Source of the DNA: Podarcis gaigeae
Taxonomy: Eukaryota
Assembly (NCBI GenBank): GCA_964106915.2
Contig: OZ066914.1
DNA length: 64,000 nt
Direction: 5' to 3' (one strand)
Made by a program: the position numbers and the translations under genes. The notes under the pieces were generated by a model. The model ran no database searches, was not told where the DNA came from, and was given only the letters and a program-made list of their open reading frames with translations. Shown one piece after another: positions 39,043 to 51,612 of this stretch; within the stretch, counting starts at the first letter, position 1, and each line of letters opens with the position of its first letter.

Positions 39043-41868
39043 TGGCACCCACTACTGAAATCGGTTTCTTCCCCCTGTACCTTCCCCGTGGAGTTTTCCC
39101 CAGACTTGACCCCCCCCCCCCCGCAACCCTCATAAACCCCTTGCACTCAAGAGTTGATTTCCATGTTTCACAGCCCTATCTACCTGCTCTCAACTTTGCC
39201 CTCTATAAACATTTTGCCATTATAGCATTTTTAAAAACCCATTTTTAACTAAGTATATTTATTGTATGGAAGGTAGATTTATGGCACAGTTCTATGCCAA
39301 CCACTTAAAAACTAAGTGTTAGTGGGGGTTTTACTGCCAAGTAAGTGTGCACCGTATTGCAGTCTTAATTCTTTTGCCAGTAATATAGAAAGGAAATGAG
39401 GTGGCCCTCACCTTTATAGAGTGGGGGCTATTAAATCTGTATCTTATTCAAGTCAATATGCAATACAAATAGTGTATAATCCTTATTAACATTAAATAAT
39501 ATTAATGGTAACAGTAATTATTAAGGTAACAATCCTTATTCCCAAAGGGTAATTACCTGTCTGACAGTTTTGCTACCATTAGCTGTCTGACAAGTTAGAA
39601 CAAGCACATTCAGTGGGTCTCTCAGTTATTTCTCATTTTACTAATAATTAACCAATAGTTAAATGGAAGAAAGCATGACTAAATATGTTAAATGCTGTTG
39701 CTTCCATTGTTAACATGTTAATCTACAGCCACTTGATGTAAAAATAAGAGTTGTTAAAAGAACTGAACTTGAACTTGCCCATGGAATATTTATATCTCTC
39801 TGTAGTTCTTTAATGAGTTATGTCCTTACATTTTTATGTCTATAGTTGGTCAGAGCACTACAAATCAATGTTTCTTTCCATCACTCCTACATTTGACTAT
39901 AATTTACAGCTCAGCAAGAAGACTCATGAAACAAGTGCCTATTTTACTTTGGCAAACTAATTCTAGCTAATCAAAGCTTTCCAGCAAAACAACTCAGCAT
40001 GAAACTCTGCAAGGAAAATATGCAGAGAACAAAGCTTTTTGTCAAACAACACATCTCAAGATGTAAACACATATGTCTCTTATAGGAAATTTTATCGCTT
40101 CCACATTAATCGGCACACAAAAGGAGTATTCTTGTCGCAGACCTGGTGCAACTGGGGAGCCATCGTCACTGGAAACAAGAGCCTGATTAGGTTCCCACAC
40201 AGATATGAATAGACTTTCCTTTTTTTAGTGCAATGCCGCTTTTCTTATTTCTTAAGAACAGACTGGCAATTGTAACTGTTCAGAAAAAAAGCTCCAAACA
40301 ACTCTCCTGAATTGTCTTGGAACTTGGACATTTATTTCTTCATTTCTGGCTTCTTTTGTTGTCACAACCCAATAACATCTATTATCCCATCTGGTTGTCC
40401 TCTTCTGGAAAGCCTGAGTTAATCCACAGCTGTAAAGATGAACAAGAACTTAGCAGGCTCCGAGCACACTAAGGTCTCTTATCTGCTAATGAAGTCGGCA
40501 GTCTGCGGGACAGATGTTAAAAGGATCTGTAAAATAAGTCAGTGACAAAGATCCTGACCTCTGCTGGGGAATTTTTTTTATTATTCCGGAAAAGGACATA
40601 ATTGCATGGAAAAGCATTAACAATTAGAGGAACCATATCAGTGCTTTATGGATTCTGATTTCTTGCCTCAGCTTTCAAAAGAAACAGACGGTCAGTTGTT
40701 GCTATAGGGAACAGATAATGCACTCTGGTGCAAATATTAGTAGCCACAGATAATTTGTCATGGACTCCAAAGAGATGGTGCAACTGCTTCTCTTTGCTGG
40801 CTTCTTGAATGCTGGAGTATCAACAATGTAGTGTTAATTGTTGCAGTATGTGCTAGCGGTATTGAAAAGGCAGTGCTAATTTACAATGCCAGTCATAGTA
40901 TTTCCGTTTTTTTAAAAAAAAAATAGCATGGTGGGAAACGCAACATTTTCTTTAAATGTTGCTAACAGTTCTTTTAACATTCTTGCATTTAAACATCAAA
41001 CAATCTCTGACTGTTCCAGGTCTCAAAATTTTGTTTTTTGGATGCTGCCTTTAAAAGAAAACTAAAAAAAAACTATAAAAAAAACTAATAATGATTTCTC
41101 TGGCCATTAAAAAAAAAAAAATCACATGAAAAAACAGTTTTTACAAACATGTAAATTCTTTTGCTCCGGACATTAGGCAAAAGTGTGCTACTAAGCCACT
41201 TCACCTCTGGAACTGTCTTTTGCTATTCACATTTTTTTGTCCTTCTACCCATGTAATGCGGTCCATTCATAATGTGCAGATATGGGTACGGGCCCCTCCC
41301 TTCTACCGTGTCAATTATGACTGGAATGAAGTTGGCATTTTCTGGGAGCACCCATTCATGCAGACGACTGGTTAGCACGATCCCTTTCTTTCATTTTCTT
41401 TTCGCAAAATCAGACAAGTCAGATGTCTGCATGGAGCGCCTTCATACAAGTCAGTCACTTCATTATCTAAGCTGGAGAAGGGGAATCAGGACTAAGCCAC
41501 CTAATGCATAGGTTCACTCATAACTCTGTTCTGTTTCTACATAAATTGTGATTTTTCTTAGATTTTCTCTCAAAATATGCATTTCTGAATGTATTTCATC
41601 TCAAAACACAACGGTGGTACAAGCAATAACAACATAAAGATGGGGACTACATAGCTTAAGAAGTGCCTAGTTCAGAGACCAGAGTGCAAGAGTCCAGTGA
41701 GCAAAGGACAACAGAGGGATTTTATTTTTATTTTTAAGGATTGGTATAGGATTATCTGTTATTGAATTTGTTTTAATATGACTGAAATGAGCTTCACAGC
41801 ATGAAAAATATATAGAAACTATTGCCTTGATACAAAGGCCTGCAGATTGTATGATACAAAGAAAAGAA

Positions 41869-41914
<46 letters not shown>
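41869..41914. repeat. (ATT)n microsatellite
   Basis: Direct reading. Confidence 0.95.
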
Positions 41915-41916
<2 letters not shown>

Positions 41917-42596
41917 AGGACCCTTCGTAACAGATAGCACTTGACAGGGTTACATAGGCAGTCCTGCATAATTGGTTTTCCTCATTCATTTCAGTGGAGG
42001 GCAGTTGTTCTTGTACAATGGGTTTTATGTGCCTGGAGCTGACTAAAGTGGGCTTGTGAGTGGAGGAGCATGTATGTGCATCAGGACCTCTGCACCCACA
42101 GCCCCTGTAGGGGTGACAAGAAAATCCCCTTTGTGGTTTACATACATAGGGTGCTCTTCAACAGAGGGCTTGACACTTATTTTTCTAAACTGCAACTTTG
42201 ACATAGTAAATTGAGGGGTATTGTGCTCCCTGAGAACAGCCAAATTACATAGGGCAGATTCAATTATGATGTTTAAATATAACTTCCTTGAATTACCTGT
42301 TCACAACCAGTTTACCATAAAATCGAAAGCAAAGCCACAAAAGTACACTTGGATAAACCACAAATAGCTGCCAGCCGCTGCGGCAATTGAAAGAATTTGG
42401 CACTTGGCCGTTGCCTCTACATACTAGCATTTGCTTCCCATCTGAAATAAAGCAATTGTTTTATTAGTGTTATTAAATTTCAGCAAATTTCTAAGTATAA
42501 TGTAACCCATCACCCTATAATGGCATATATTTACCGTAACAGCATCAGAGCTGACAAAAAGTTTACAAAATGGGAATTTACATAAATTTGAAATGA

Positions 42597-42646
<50 letters not shown>
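42597..42646. repeat. (GT)n(GA)n compound microsatellite
   Basis: Direct reading. Confidence 0.95.
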
Positions 42647-42650
<4 letters not shown>

Positions 42651-43112
42651 GCAGTTTCTAAGATTTTATCAGCACTCTGAAGAAATCAAAGAACAGAAGC
42701 CTTAAAGGGTTACATGGATAGCAGTTAGAGGCATGTAACCTGGAACTGGCTCCACTCCATGTTGTGCTTTACAGAACATAGTAAATGGGCTGCAGCTTTT
42801 GCCACATTTGAGAAACTGATCAACCTGCTTCTCACTCAAGAGATTGGGGGTCAGGCAAGGACCCCCCATTCTGAGCAGAGCACACAGGGAAGAAAACATA
42901 TTCCTTTCAGAGGTCCTTAAATATGTAGGCTTGTCCATTGTTATTTATTTATTTTAAAATATTTCTAGGTCATCTTTATGGACAATAATGGGCAAGGAGT
43001 TCCAGAGTCACCACGGAGAAAGCTCTCTCCCTTATAGTCACCTACACTGACCTAGAAGACAGGCACACCAAGAGGGCCTTCTTTGTTGATCACTGTCTGG
43101 AAGATAGGAACC

Positions 43113-43640
43113 TCCCTGTTCTGGACAGGTTTCCACTCCCTCTAAAGGAGCAGGGACATAGCTTTGTCACTAAATGTCAAAGTGATCTCTGTGACTAGGA
43201 GTGCCTTTTACCAGCTTCAACTGGTACACCAGCTACGGCTGCACCTGGATTGAGATCACCTGGCCATTGTGGTCCCAAACATTGGTAACCTTGATACTAG
43301 ATTACCACAATGTGATCTATGAGGAGTTTCCCTTGGGCCTAGTCTGGAAAGACCAGCTGGTGCAAAATGCAGCAGTTAGACTGCTGATTGGAGTTGATGG
43401 CAAACAGCATTTGACACCTCTCCTAAAATATCTGTACTGGCTGTACATATGCTACTAGGTCATTTTCAGGGTTCTTGGGCCCAGCACTGACTACACTCTT
43501 ATATCCCATCTTAATTACTGAGAGGATCCAGAGGAGTGCTGTTAGTTGTCCCGCATGTTACAGACACCCAACTGGCCTCAACTAGAGGTTGGACATTTAG
43601 TGTTGCAGATCCCATGCTGTGCAACACCTTCCTAGCAGGG
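43113..43640 (+). mobile_element. L2-clade LINE ORF2 fragment; an opposite-orientation L2 3' fragment lies adjacent at about 42940-43090
   Basis: Encodes LVT..LDYHNVIY..PLGLVWKDQLVQNAAVRLL...HLTPLLKYLYWL, the L2 LDYCN/QNAAARL/ITP.L..LHWL motifs. Confidence 0.85.
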
Positions 43641-43965
43641 AAGTATTGAGCTGAGGGGCATTAAGTAGCAGGCTATATGCAAGATCCTTCTAATCCCTGT
43701 ATGCAATGTTAAAATATAAAACAGATTAACTTCCTGTGTTGAGGTGATCACCTGGGTGCTGGGCAATTAAGAAAACGAAGAAAAAGGGGTTCTGTGCAAG
43801 TTGGCAAATTGGTGGAGCCCCTCCCTCAAACCAGAGATAGTTAGAACAAACCCTGAGTTTAGAGTTCAAAGGGGCTGTGTTGTGACCCAGAAGTAAAGCA
43901 GCGAGCTTCAGAGCTTGCCGGAGCAACCTTTGAGAGCAATGCTTGATTTCTATTTGAATCCAAGG

Positions 43966-44448
43966 CAGTGGCGGAGGAAGGGGGCAGGGGCGGCCCACTC
44001 CGGGTGGCATCTCTGAGGGGGATGACAAGAAGGCACCCCACGGGGGGCTCACCTCGCCGTTCCTGGGCATGGCGGTGCAAGCCACTGCCATCGTACCACC
44101 GCAGCCGCATGCGGAGGATCCTCCGCTCATGGCTGCACCTTCTGCAGCCATCCGTACAGCGCTTGAGTGGTGCTGTTGGCAAACCACCCAGCGGCGCATG
44201 CGCTGTACGTACGGCACATGCGCACCGCCGCTACGTACATGCATTCGCGCTGCCGCTTGAGCACCGTACGGATGGCAGTGGGATCCCTCCACCGCCACTG
44301 CAGCCACAAGCAGAGTATCCTGCTGTATGTACGGTACATGCATGCATGGTACATAGCGGAGTGCACACATATGGTGTGCATGCATGCACCACCAGGAAGT
44401 TTGCCCCGCCCCACACACCGGGGGCCAGTTCTTCTTCCTTCACCCCTG
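43966..44448. mobile_element. Non-autonomous hAT element (483 bp), CpG-rich
   Basis: Imperfect TIR cagtggcggaggaag / cttccttcacccctg. Perfect 8-bp TSD atccaagg at 43958-43965 and 44449-44456. Confidence 0.88.
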
Positions 44449-44886
44449 ATCCAAGGCTGCAGCTATGGAAGAAACAAGACCCTTTTGGGGTGTTAATGCT
44501 ACAAAGCCCTCCATTGTAGGTTCAGGTTGTTATAGATGTGTAAATAAGTCTCCTAAAGACAACACAGTCTCTACTGTGCCCCATTTCAAAAAGAAAAGGG
44601 AAACCTAGGTAAGCATCTGGAACCGTTGGAATCTTCTACTGCTCAAAGACTGGGATGGTGTGAAACAGTATTATGATATAGTGGTGGGTGGGTGTGTAAG
44701 CCAAGGGTTCCATGGAACAGAAAAAATTGTGTGAAGCCACTCAAAGAAGAGAGATGAACTTAGAGTTCACACGGAGCTCAAAGTTTCTGAAGTCTGAGCA
44801 GCATGCAGTTACACATGGAAAGAGGCTGACCTCTTCTGTAATATAAATACAGAACAATATATATAGCAACATTCCCTCTCCATATA

Positions 44887-44895
<9 letters not shown>

Positions 44896-44945
<50 letters not shown>
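44896..44945. repeat. (TA)n microsatellite
   Basis: Direct reading. Confidence 0.95.
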
Positions 44946-44947
<2 letters not shown>

Positions 44948-46901
44948 ACTCCTGATGTCCAGAAAGCAATATTTCTTCTGTGTCCGAGTCAAAACAGTAA
45001 ATTGGGAGTAGAAAGGAGAGAGAATTTTGCTATATTGAAAATGGAGCTCCTAAACTCAGAAGTGCAGCTCCCTCATGAAACCATCTTGAGGGTAAGGCAA
45101 AAACTCACACTGACTCTGTGGCTGCGCCTCACCTCATTTCACTCATATTTTTTTCAACAGACTGAGTGTTGCTCTGCTGAGAATATGATGCTAAACCACT
45201 TTTCCTGTCGAGTTTTTTAAACAGGGCCTCTGAGAAAGGGTTTGATACAACTCAATGACTGAAGTAATACCTTTGTCCATCTGAGCATTAAATGGCCCAT
45301 TGAAATACAGCTTAGCTTGAAGGAATTTTTCAGTAAATGGTGGTTTCTAATCCCCCCCCCCAACTCTTCTCCCAGCTGACTAGATTCTGGCTTCAAAACT
45401 GCAGTTCAATCACTTTCAGCTGCCTCTCAGGTCAGGCCTTTAGCCAGTGTTAATTAAATATAACCCCTTTAGAATACTAGAGGTTAACCGAGAGCAACAA
45501 ATTGGTCTTCAATACAGAATCTAGCACTATTCAAACAAAAGAGATTTGTGTGAGAGGCCTTCTTTGCTTATATTGTCCTTAATGCATTAAATATATAAGG
45601 GGGAGAACAAAGGATTATTTCTTTTCAGTTTGAACTGGTAAAAGCATTAAAACATATTTCCTGCTTTGCATATGATTTGTCTTTAAAAAATACACACCAT
45701 AAAAGAAAAGTGCTGCAGCAGATAGTTTTGCAACTACAGCAGCACCATTCCAATTTGATAAAGTGAAACTGTAAAAAAAGAAAATCAATGCACCAGACTG
45801 ACACTTTTCTTTCCTTATATTCCTCCCTGCAGTTGTTAGAAGTTTACATTTTACGTATTTCATTTGTTTTGGTCTCTAGTCAGCATAGACTTTCATATAC
45901 CTTCAACTGTACATAGTTAGAATTAGCTGTCTGTTCCATACACTTGGACTCAACGCCACGGCTGAAAACTAACTGAAATTGTCTTTCTTTCTCTTCCTAA
46001 TGATTTCAAATGAGTATTGTTGGCTTTTCAGAATGAGTATTTGTTTAGCGCTCTGTTAAGAAAATTAAATAAAAAGGGGGTGGGTTTTTTTGTTTTTATA
46101 ATTGTCCATAGCTATCTGAAGATTAAGGTAAGCTGAAAGGTTTTATTTTAAATGCACAGCAATTAGCCTTGTCTCCATGAACATGACTTTACTGTAAATA
46201 CTCCACCTTGACTATCCCTTTGTCCCAAGTTTCCTTGAAGAAAGCAACCAAGCGATAATTCAGCATTATTGCTGCTTCAGTGCCCTAATCGCTTAAAGAG
46301 CAGCAAAGACCCTATTGCTCACAGCCACAAGGCTACTACAGTCTCCTGGCCTAAGGCAGGCTTCACAACCCAGCAGCATCCAGATGTCAGGAGAAATATC
46401 CAGGTCCTGATGCAGCACGCCGCTCCATTCCAGTATGGCCTAACAGCTGTTTCAGCTGCTGGCATTCAACCTGCTGAATACACCGAGACCGTGGCAGACT
46501 AGGGAATAGAAATAGGGTGGAACTGAAATACTGAAATCGCCCCATTTCATGTGGGTAGCACAAAAACACCAAAAAGTTCTACGCAAAATGCTTACTAACT
46601 TTCATTCCTTCATATATGTATGTATTCTGTATTTTTAATCCTTAGGTCTGATTGCTTGACCTGCCTACTTAGGAAAGCGATCCTGTTGCAAGGATATGAT
46701 GTGGAGGCCAACAGACTGACCAGCAAACATGCAGAATCTCCAGCAATATTACCCATCACCATTGCTTTTAATTAAAAGGAATCCGTTTTCACCAACTCTC
46801 AGCATGTTATCTTGTTAATCAAGCATGGCAAACTTCCTTTGCCTGAGTTACACAAAGAGATGGAGGACTGCAAAAACGGAAAAGAATACACAGCACATAG
46901 A

Positions 46902-47149
46902 CCAACTAAGTTAGTTCTTGGTATGAGCTTTTGTGTGCATGCACACTTCTTCAGATACTTCTTCAGATCTGAAGAAGTCAACTTAGTTCTTGGTATGAGC
47001 TTTCGTGTGCATGCACACTTCTTCAGATACTTCTTCAGATCTGAAGAAGTGTGCATGCACACGAAAGCTCATACCAAGAACTAACTTAGTTGGTCTGGAA
47101 GGAATTTTTTGTTTTGACTATGGCAGACCAACATGGCTACCTATCTGTA
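46902..47149. mobile_element. Penelope-like retroelement terminal (pLTR) remnant with tandem and inverted copies
   Basis: 12-bp TSD acagcacataga at 46890-46901 and 47150-47161. It contains a 72-bp tandem duplication, an inverted copy, and the PLE-type end gcagaccaacatggctacc. Confidence 0.82.
46993..47030 (-). ncRNA. Minimal type I hammerhead ribozyme motif (PLE type), core intact
   Basis: Minus strand reads GTAT-CTGAAGA-A-GTGTG CATG CACAC-GAAA-GC-TC|ATAC. This gives CUGANGA and GAAA cores, stem II, stem I (GTAT/ATAC), palindromic AGCT helix III and an NUH site. Confidence 0.72.
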
Positions 47150-48638
47150 ACAGCACATAGAGTTTGCAAAGCTCATAACAAGATGGTGTTCTGTAGACGA
47201 TAAACATTAAAACTATGCTGAACATATGTCTGTCTTAGTTCGTGAAGCTATTTTAAGAGCTTTAAAATTGCTAAGCACCTTTTCATCCCCTAAAGGAACA
47301 AAGAAAGAAAAAAAAGAAAAGTCTGTAATGGCATGAGAAAAGGAGGGGTCTAAAATATATCTGGGTAGGAAGTCAACCATTCTTTACACTGGCTCAGTTA
47401 GTGACCTTAGACAAGCCACCAATTTCCACAAATCTTTTATAAAATGGGCACAGTAATAACAATACTTATGCACCTTGCATAGGAGTTGCAACGAGGCCTA
47501 ATACCTCGCTCGAAAAGTGCTGGATGAGAGTTGCTACCGTAAATGAGTAGGAAGTGATCATTATTTGTATTTGTATCATAAATCCCGTTAAAGTTTGTAA
47601 TCTTGTCCTTTGCTTTTTCACATGAGCCTTGACATTTTAACAAAATTCTTCTTGAAGGTTAAAATAAACACAGCCTCATACCAAGTGCTTGCTTATATTC
47701 ACACCTTGTTATTGTTGCCTCTGCCTTCTCTCTCCTCCCTGCATTTCCCCCCCTCCTTCTGAGCTGAGATCATTCCAATCATTAAGTTCCTTGGGGCATA
47801 AATGCTTTTTATACTTAGGCAACTCTGTAAAAAGCAGACTCCAACTTTATTTTCCAACATAAACTTTAAAAAAGAGAAGGTGCGTGTAGGGGAAGTACTT
47901 GGGAGGGTTGTAGCTGGGGAGAGGGAGATAACCCTCTTGTATATCCCCATCTTCATTATAATCCTTCAGACTTTATATGTTCTTGGATGGATTCACCCTT
48001 AGAAGGACTTGACTGCTTCTCTGCCTGGTGTTGCTTTTCCAGCCATGCTGCTGAGGCCCCAATCCACTCCCCAGTTATGAGCTCAGATCTCAGGTCATAA
48101 CACCCATGATCCTAACCCAGCCTTGATTTTTTTTTTAATTTAGTTTCAAAGTAGAATAAAAGAAGGGAAATTTCAAAACAGATAAAAACAAAGAAAGGGG
48201 CAGGGGGGAAGGGATTAAGTCTTTTAAAATTATAACGCATACAAAATCCAAAAGAGAAATCTGCACGCGTGTGTGCCAGTGTCCAATCCTAGTTCATAAT
48301 ATAGTTTGAAATTATTGGGTTATTTTCCATTTGCAGGAACTGAAGGACAGATAGGGATATTATAAATATATGCTGGCTCTACTGATCAGGAGAAGCTTTA
48401 TCACTCAGCTGGGGCACTTCTGGGGAAAAGAGCCATTCTAGCATCCCATTCAATTAACATATCATTAAAAATAGCTTTTCCCCACTGAGGTTGCTGTGTT
48501 ACCTGATAAGTAAACATATTATATGTAAAGTGTATACTATGTATGTATAGATTGTGTAAAAGAGTCTGTGTATAAAACAAGAATAAAAATCCTGAAACAC
48601 TTTGGTTGGAAACTAGAAAATTGAATATTATAGCTATA

Positions 48639-48863
48639 CAGTGGTACCTCTGGGTTAAGAACTTAATTCGTTCTGGAGGTCCGTTCTTAACCTGAAACTG
48701 TTCTTAACCTGAGGTACCACTTTAGGTAATGCGGCCACCCACTGCCGCCGTGCTGCCATCATGCGATTTCTGTTCTCATCCTGAAGCAGTTCTTAACCCG
48801 AGGTACTATTTCTGGGTTAATGGAGTCTGTAACCTGAGGTGTCTGTAACCCGAGGTACCACTG
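48639..48863 (-). mobile_element. Tigger/pogo-like MITE, same family as 36165-36390, opposite orientation
   Basis: TIR cagtggtacctc / gaggtaccactg, TA TSD. Internal gatttctgttctcatcctgaagca is the reverse complement of the 36165 copy. Confidence 0.92.
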
Positions 48864-50382
48864 TAGTCTTCAGCTGCATCAAAGCTTTCAAATAATTCCA
48901 GTGTGCAAGTTATTTAACAGACGTTGCCTATAGAACATACACAGTATATGCTTGTCTAGTCAGAGGTAAACCCCACAAAGTTCAATGGGGCTTACTCCTA
49001 GATAAGTTTACATAGGATTGCAGCAACAGAACTGTTAGATATTTTCAAAACAGTAAAAGTCACACCTAAACATTGTCTAAGCTTTTTAGATTAAAATTTT
49101 CACTTCTGCTTATTAGAAACCTCAATGAATTTCAACCATCAATGACGGAGTATAGATACAAGTGGTGAAATCTGTTTCTAGGGACTTTCTCTCTTGAAAC
49201 ATTCATTTCAGGGAGATCTGAATGAAAGTATGCCTTTGAAAGTTGTACCCTGCTATTAGTACCTGTTTGTTTGTTTGTTTGTTTGTTACAATTAAGCACT
49301 GTATAAATTTTATTAAATAAGTAAAATAGATTAAAAAAACTTCTAAGTACATTAAAAACATATAAAATTGGAATTACCAAAAGACTTCTGGAGACACATC
49401 ACATATATCATAATGGAAATCACAGGGGTAACGTTGGGATAAAGTCCCACGTTGATGGTATTTAAGTGGATTGAGGCAGGTATTTCAAAGGGGACAAAAT
49501 CTCTTATATGGAATTTAATAATGGCAAAAATGAGCATCTTTGTGGATATGGCAATGGCAGAATTGACATTCTCATTCGTGTTTTTCTTTCTCCCCCCCCC
49601 CTTTTCATAGCACCCCCCTCCAAATTTCTTGCAGTTGTGGCAGCTGAACTCACTTCAGTGTTCACTTATAGAGGCAACCATTTCCCCTCCAGAGTACCTG
49701 TGCTCACCACTTTGTTCTTGTACATTCCATGAACATGCCAGAACCAGAACCAGTGTAGTTCCCTCTCCCCCCAAGTAGTAGTGATTTCCTCCCCAGAATA
49801 CCCTGGGATGCAATGTCTGGGACTTTCGGGGCGGGGGGAGGAGAAGCCCCAGAGGGAGCCACCAAAATTAGCTTCGATGCCACTAGCTGTGGCATCAACA
49901 ATTGTTAAAACAGGAAATAAAAGAAAAATGAACATGAATACCTAAACAAATATAAGCCTTTTGCATAAATAATTACATGAATGTGATTTTTTCCTGATCA
50001 TTTTAATAATGAAATTTCATGGCATTGAGACAGAATAAAATGTATTGCAGGCACCTATTAAGCACCATTAATTAAAGAAAACTCAAAACAGGAGTCAACA
50101 CTAACTAAATTACTGCACCCTCATTCCAGAAGCTGATTAAAGAAAAAAGTTTACACATTTAAACTATATTACTTCCCCACATAATCCTGGTAACTGTAGT
50201 GTATATGCAGCATCAATTGCTATTTCTTGCTCATGCTTCTATTCCTCACCATCCCTTTGGCCCTTACCTTTTTCCTCGCCATATCCTTCTTCTTCGGGTT
50301 TATTGTAGGCAGAGAATGGTGCTGGGCAAAACACAGGTTGCCTTTAGGTGACCCTCTCTGGAAGCTTGCATATCATGCACAT

Positions 50383-50518
50383 CAGGCATCCCCAAACTCA
50401 GCCCTCCAGCTGTTTTGGGACTACAACTCCCATCATTCCTAGCTAACAGGACCAGTGGTCAGGGATGATGGGAATTGTAGTCCCAAAACAGCTGGAGGGC
50501 CGAGTTTGGGGATGCCTG
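50383..50518. mobile_element. Hairpin hAT MITE (136 bp), same core as 15743
   Basis: TIR caggcatccccaaactc / gagtttggggatgcctg. TSD atgcacat / atgcactt (7 of 8 match). Confidence 0.9.
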
Positions 50519-51448
50519 ATGCACTTTATACTGATGTACTTTCTTCTTCCACTCTTCCAGGAAGCTGAAACCAATGTTCTGACCCAAAGTTAGTCTCGCC
50601 TAATTCCCACTAATATTAATGAGACCTAAAGTACTCACAGTTAAATAATCCCATGGATTTCACTGGGATTTAAGCACAACTCATTTGCTTTGGATTGAGG
50701 CTAGGGACTCTATAGTGGCATACTGCCTTTCCAAAATACCCAAAAGTATGTAAATTGCACCCCATATCTATCTGTAATAGTCATTGAATTTGGCAGACTG
50801 ATTCATGATTGCATTTTGCAGAGTTAATTTTGATGAAAAAATTCACTGTAACAGATCCATGATAAGCAAATGCATTTGGCTAAAATAACAAAACAACACT
50901 ACAAGAAAAATAAGGCCATTGAGAGCTTAGTAGTCTTTTGAGTGCTAGCTGGAAAGATTCTATGAGGCTAATGAAGACAGAATCTCTGCCTGTAACAATA
51001 TTAAGTTTATTTTCTCTAGTGATTCGAAGAAGTGAGCAATCTGTCACTAATACACTGAGTTAAATTACTTGTCTTGTTGGAATTCCTGCTGACAGTCAGT
51101 CACTCACAGCGCTGACCTAAACATCTACCTGCTGACAAACAAATTGCAGTGTCAAACTTTGAAAAGGTAACTAGCTGGTTTTAATTTTGATTGGTCTTAC
51201 TTGAATCTCTTGTGCATTCTTCCCTTTTCCTCCTCCACCCACCCTCTCCCCTCTCTCAAAATCCCCATTCTTTACTAGGCTGAAAATGAAAATAAAGGAA
51301 ACTCCTGTTTAGCATTTGTGGGGGAAATTATTATTGCTGGCTGCATCAGAGAAATGTTATGTCAGATAAAACTGTTAAAGTGTGTCTAAGCAACATTAAG
51401 AGTGGCAGGCCCGCCAGTGACTGACTGGGTGAGTGAACACATTACCCA

Positions 51449-51612
51449 NNNNNNNNNNNNNNNNNNNNNNNNNNNNNNNNNNNNNNNNNNNNNNNNNNNN
51501 NNNNNNNNNNNNNNNNNNNNNNNNNNNNNNNNNNNNNNNNNNNNNNNNNNNNNNNNNNNNNNNNNNNNNNNNNNNNNNNNNNNNNNNNNNNNNNNNNNNN
51601 NNNNNNNNNNNN
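51449..51612. other. Assembly gap (N run)
   Basis: 164 Ns. Confidence 1.

Noticed and set aside
43726-44519. Overlapping 230-aa and 183-aa ORFs
   Set aside because: They arise from the GC-rich, stop-poor hAT insert. The peptides are low-complexity and open in many frames on both strands.
46911-47051. Repeat-spacer or CRISPR-like appearance
   Set aside because: Only a 72-bp tandem duplication plus an inverted copy with no unique spacers, in a vertebrate intron. Explained by a Penelope terminal remnant.
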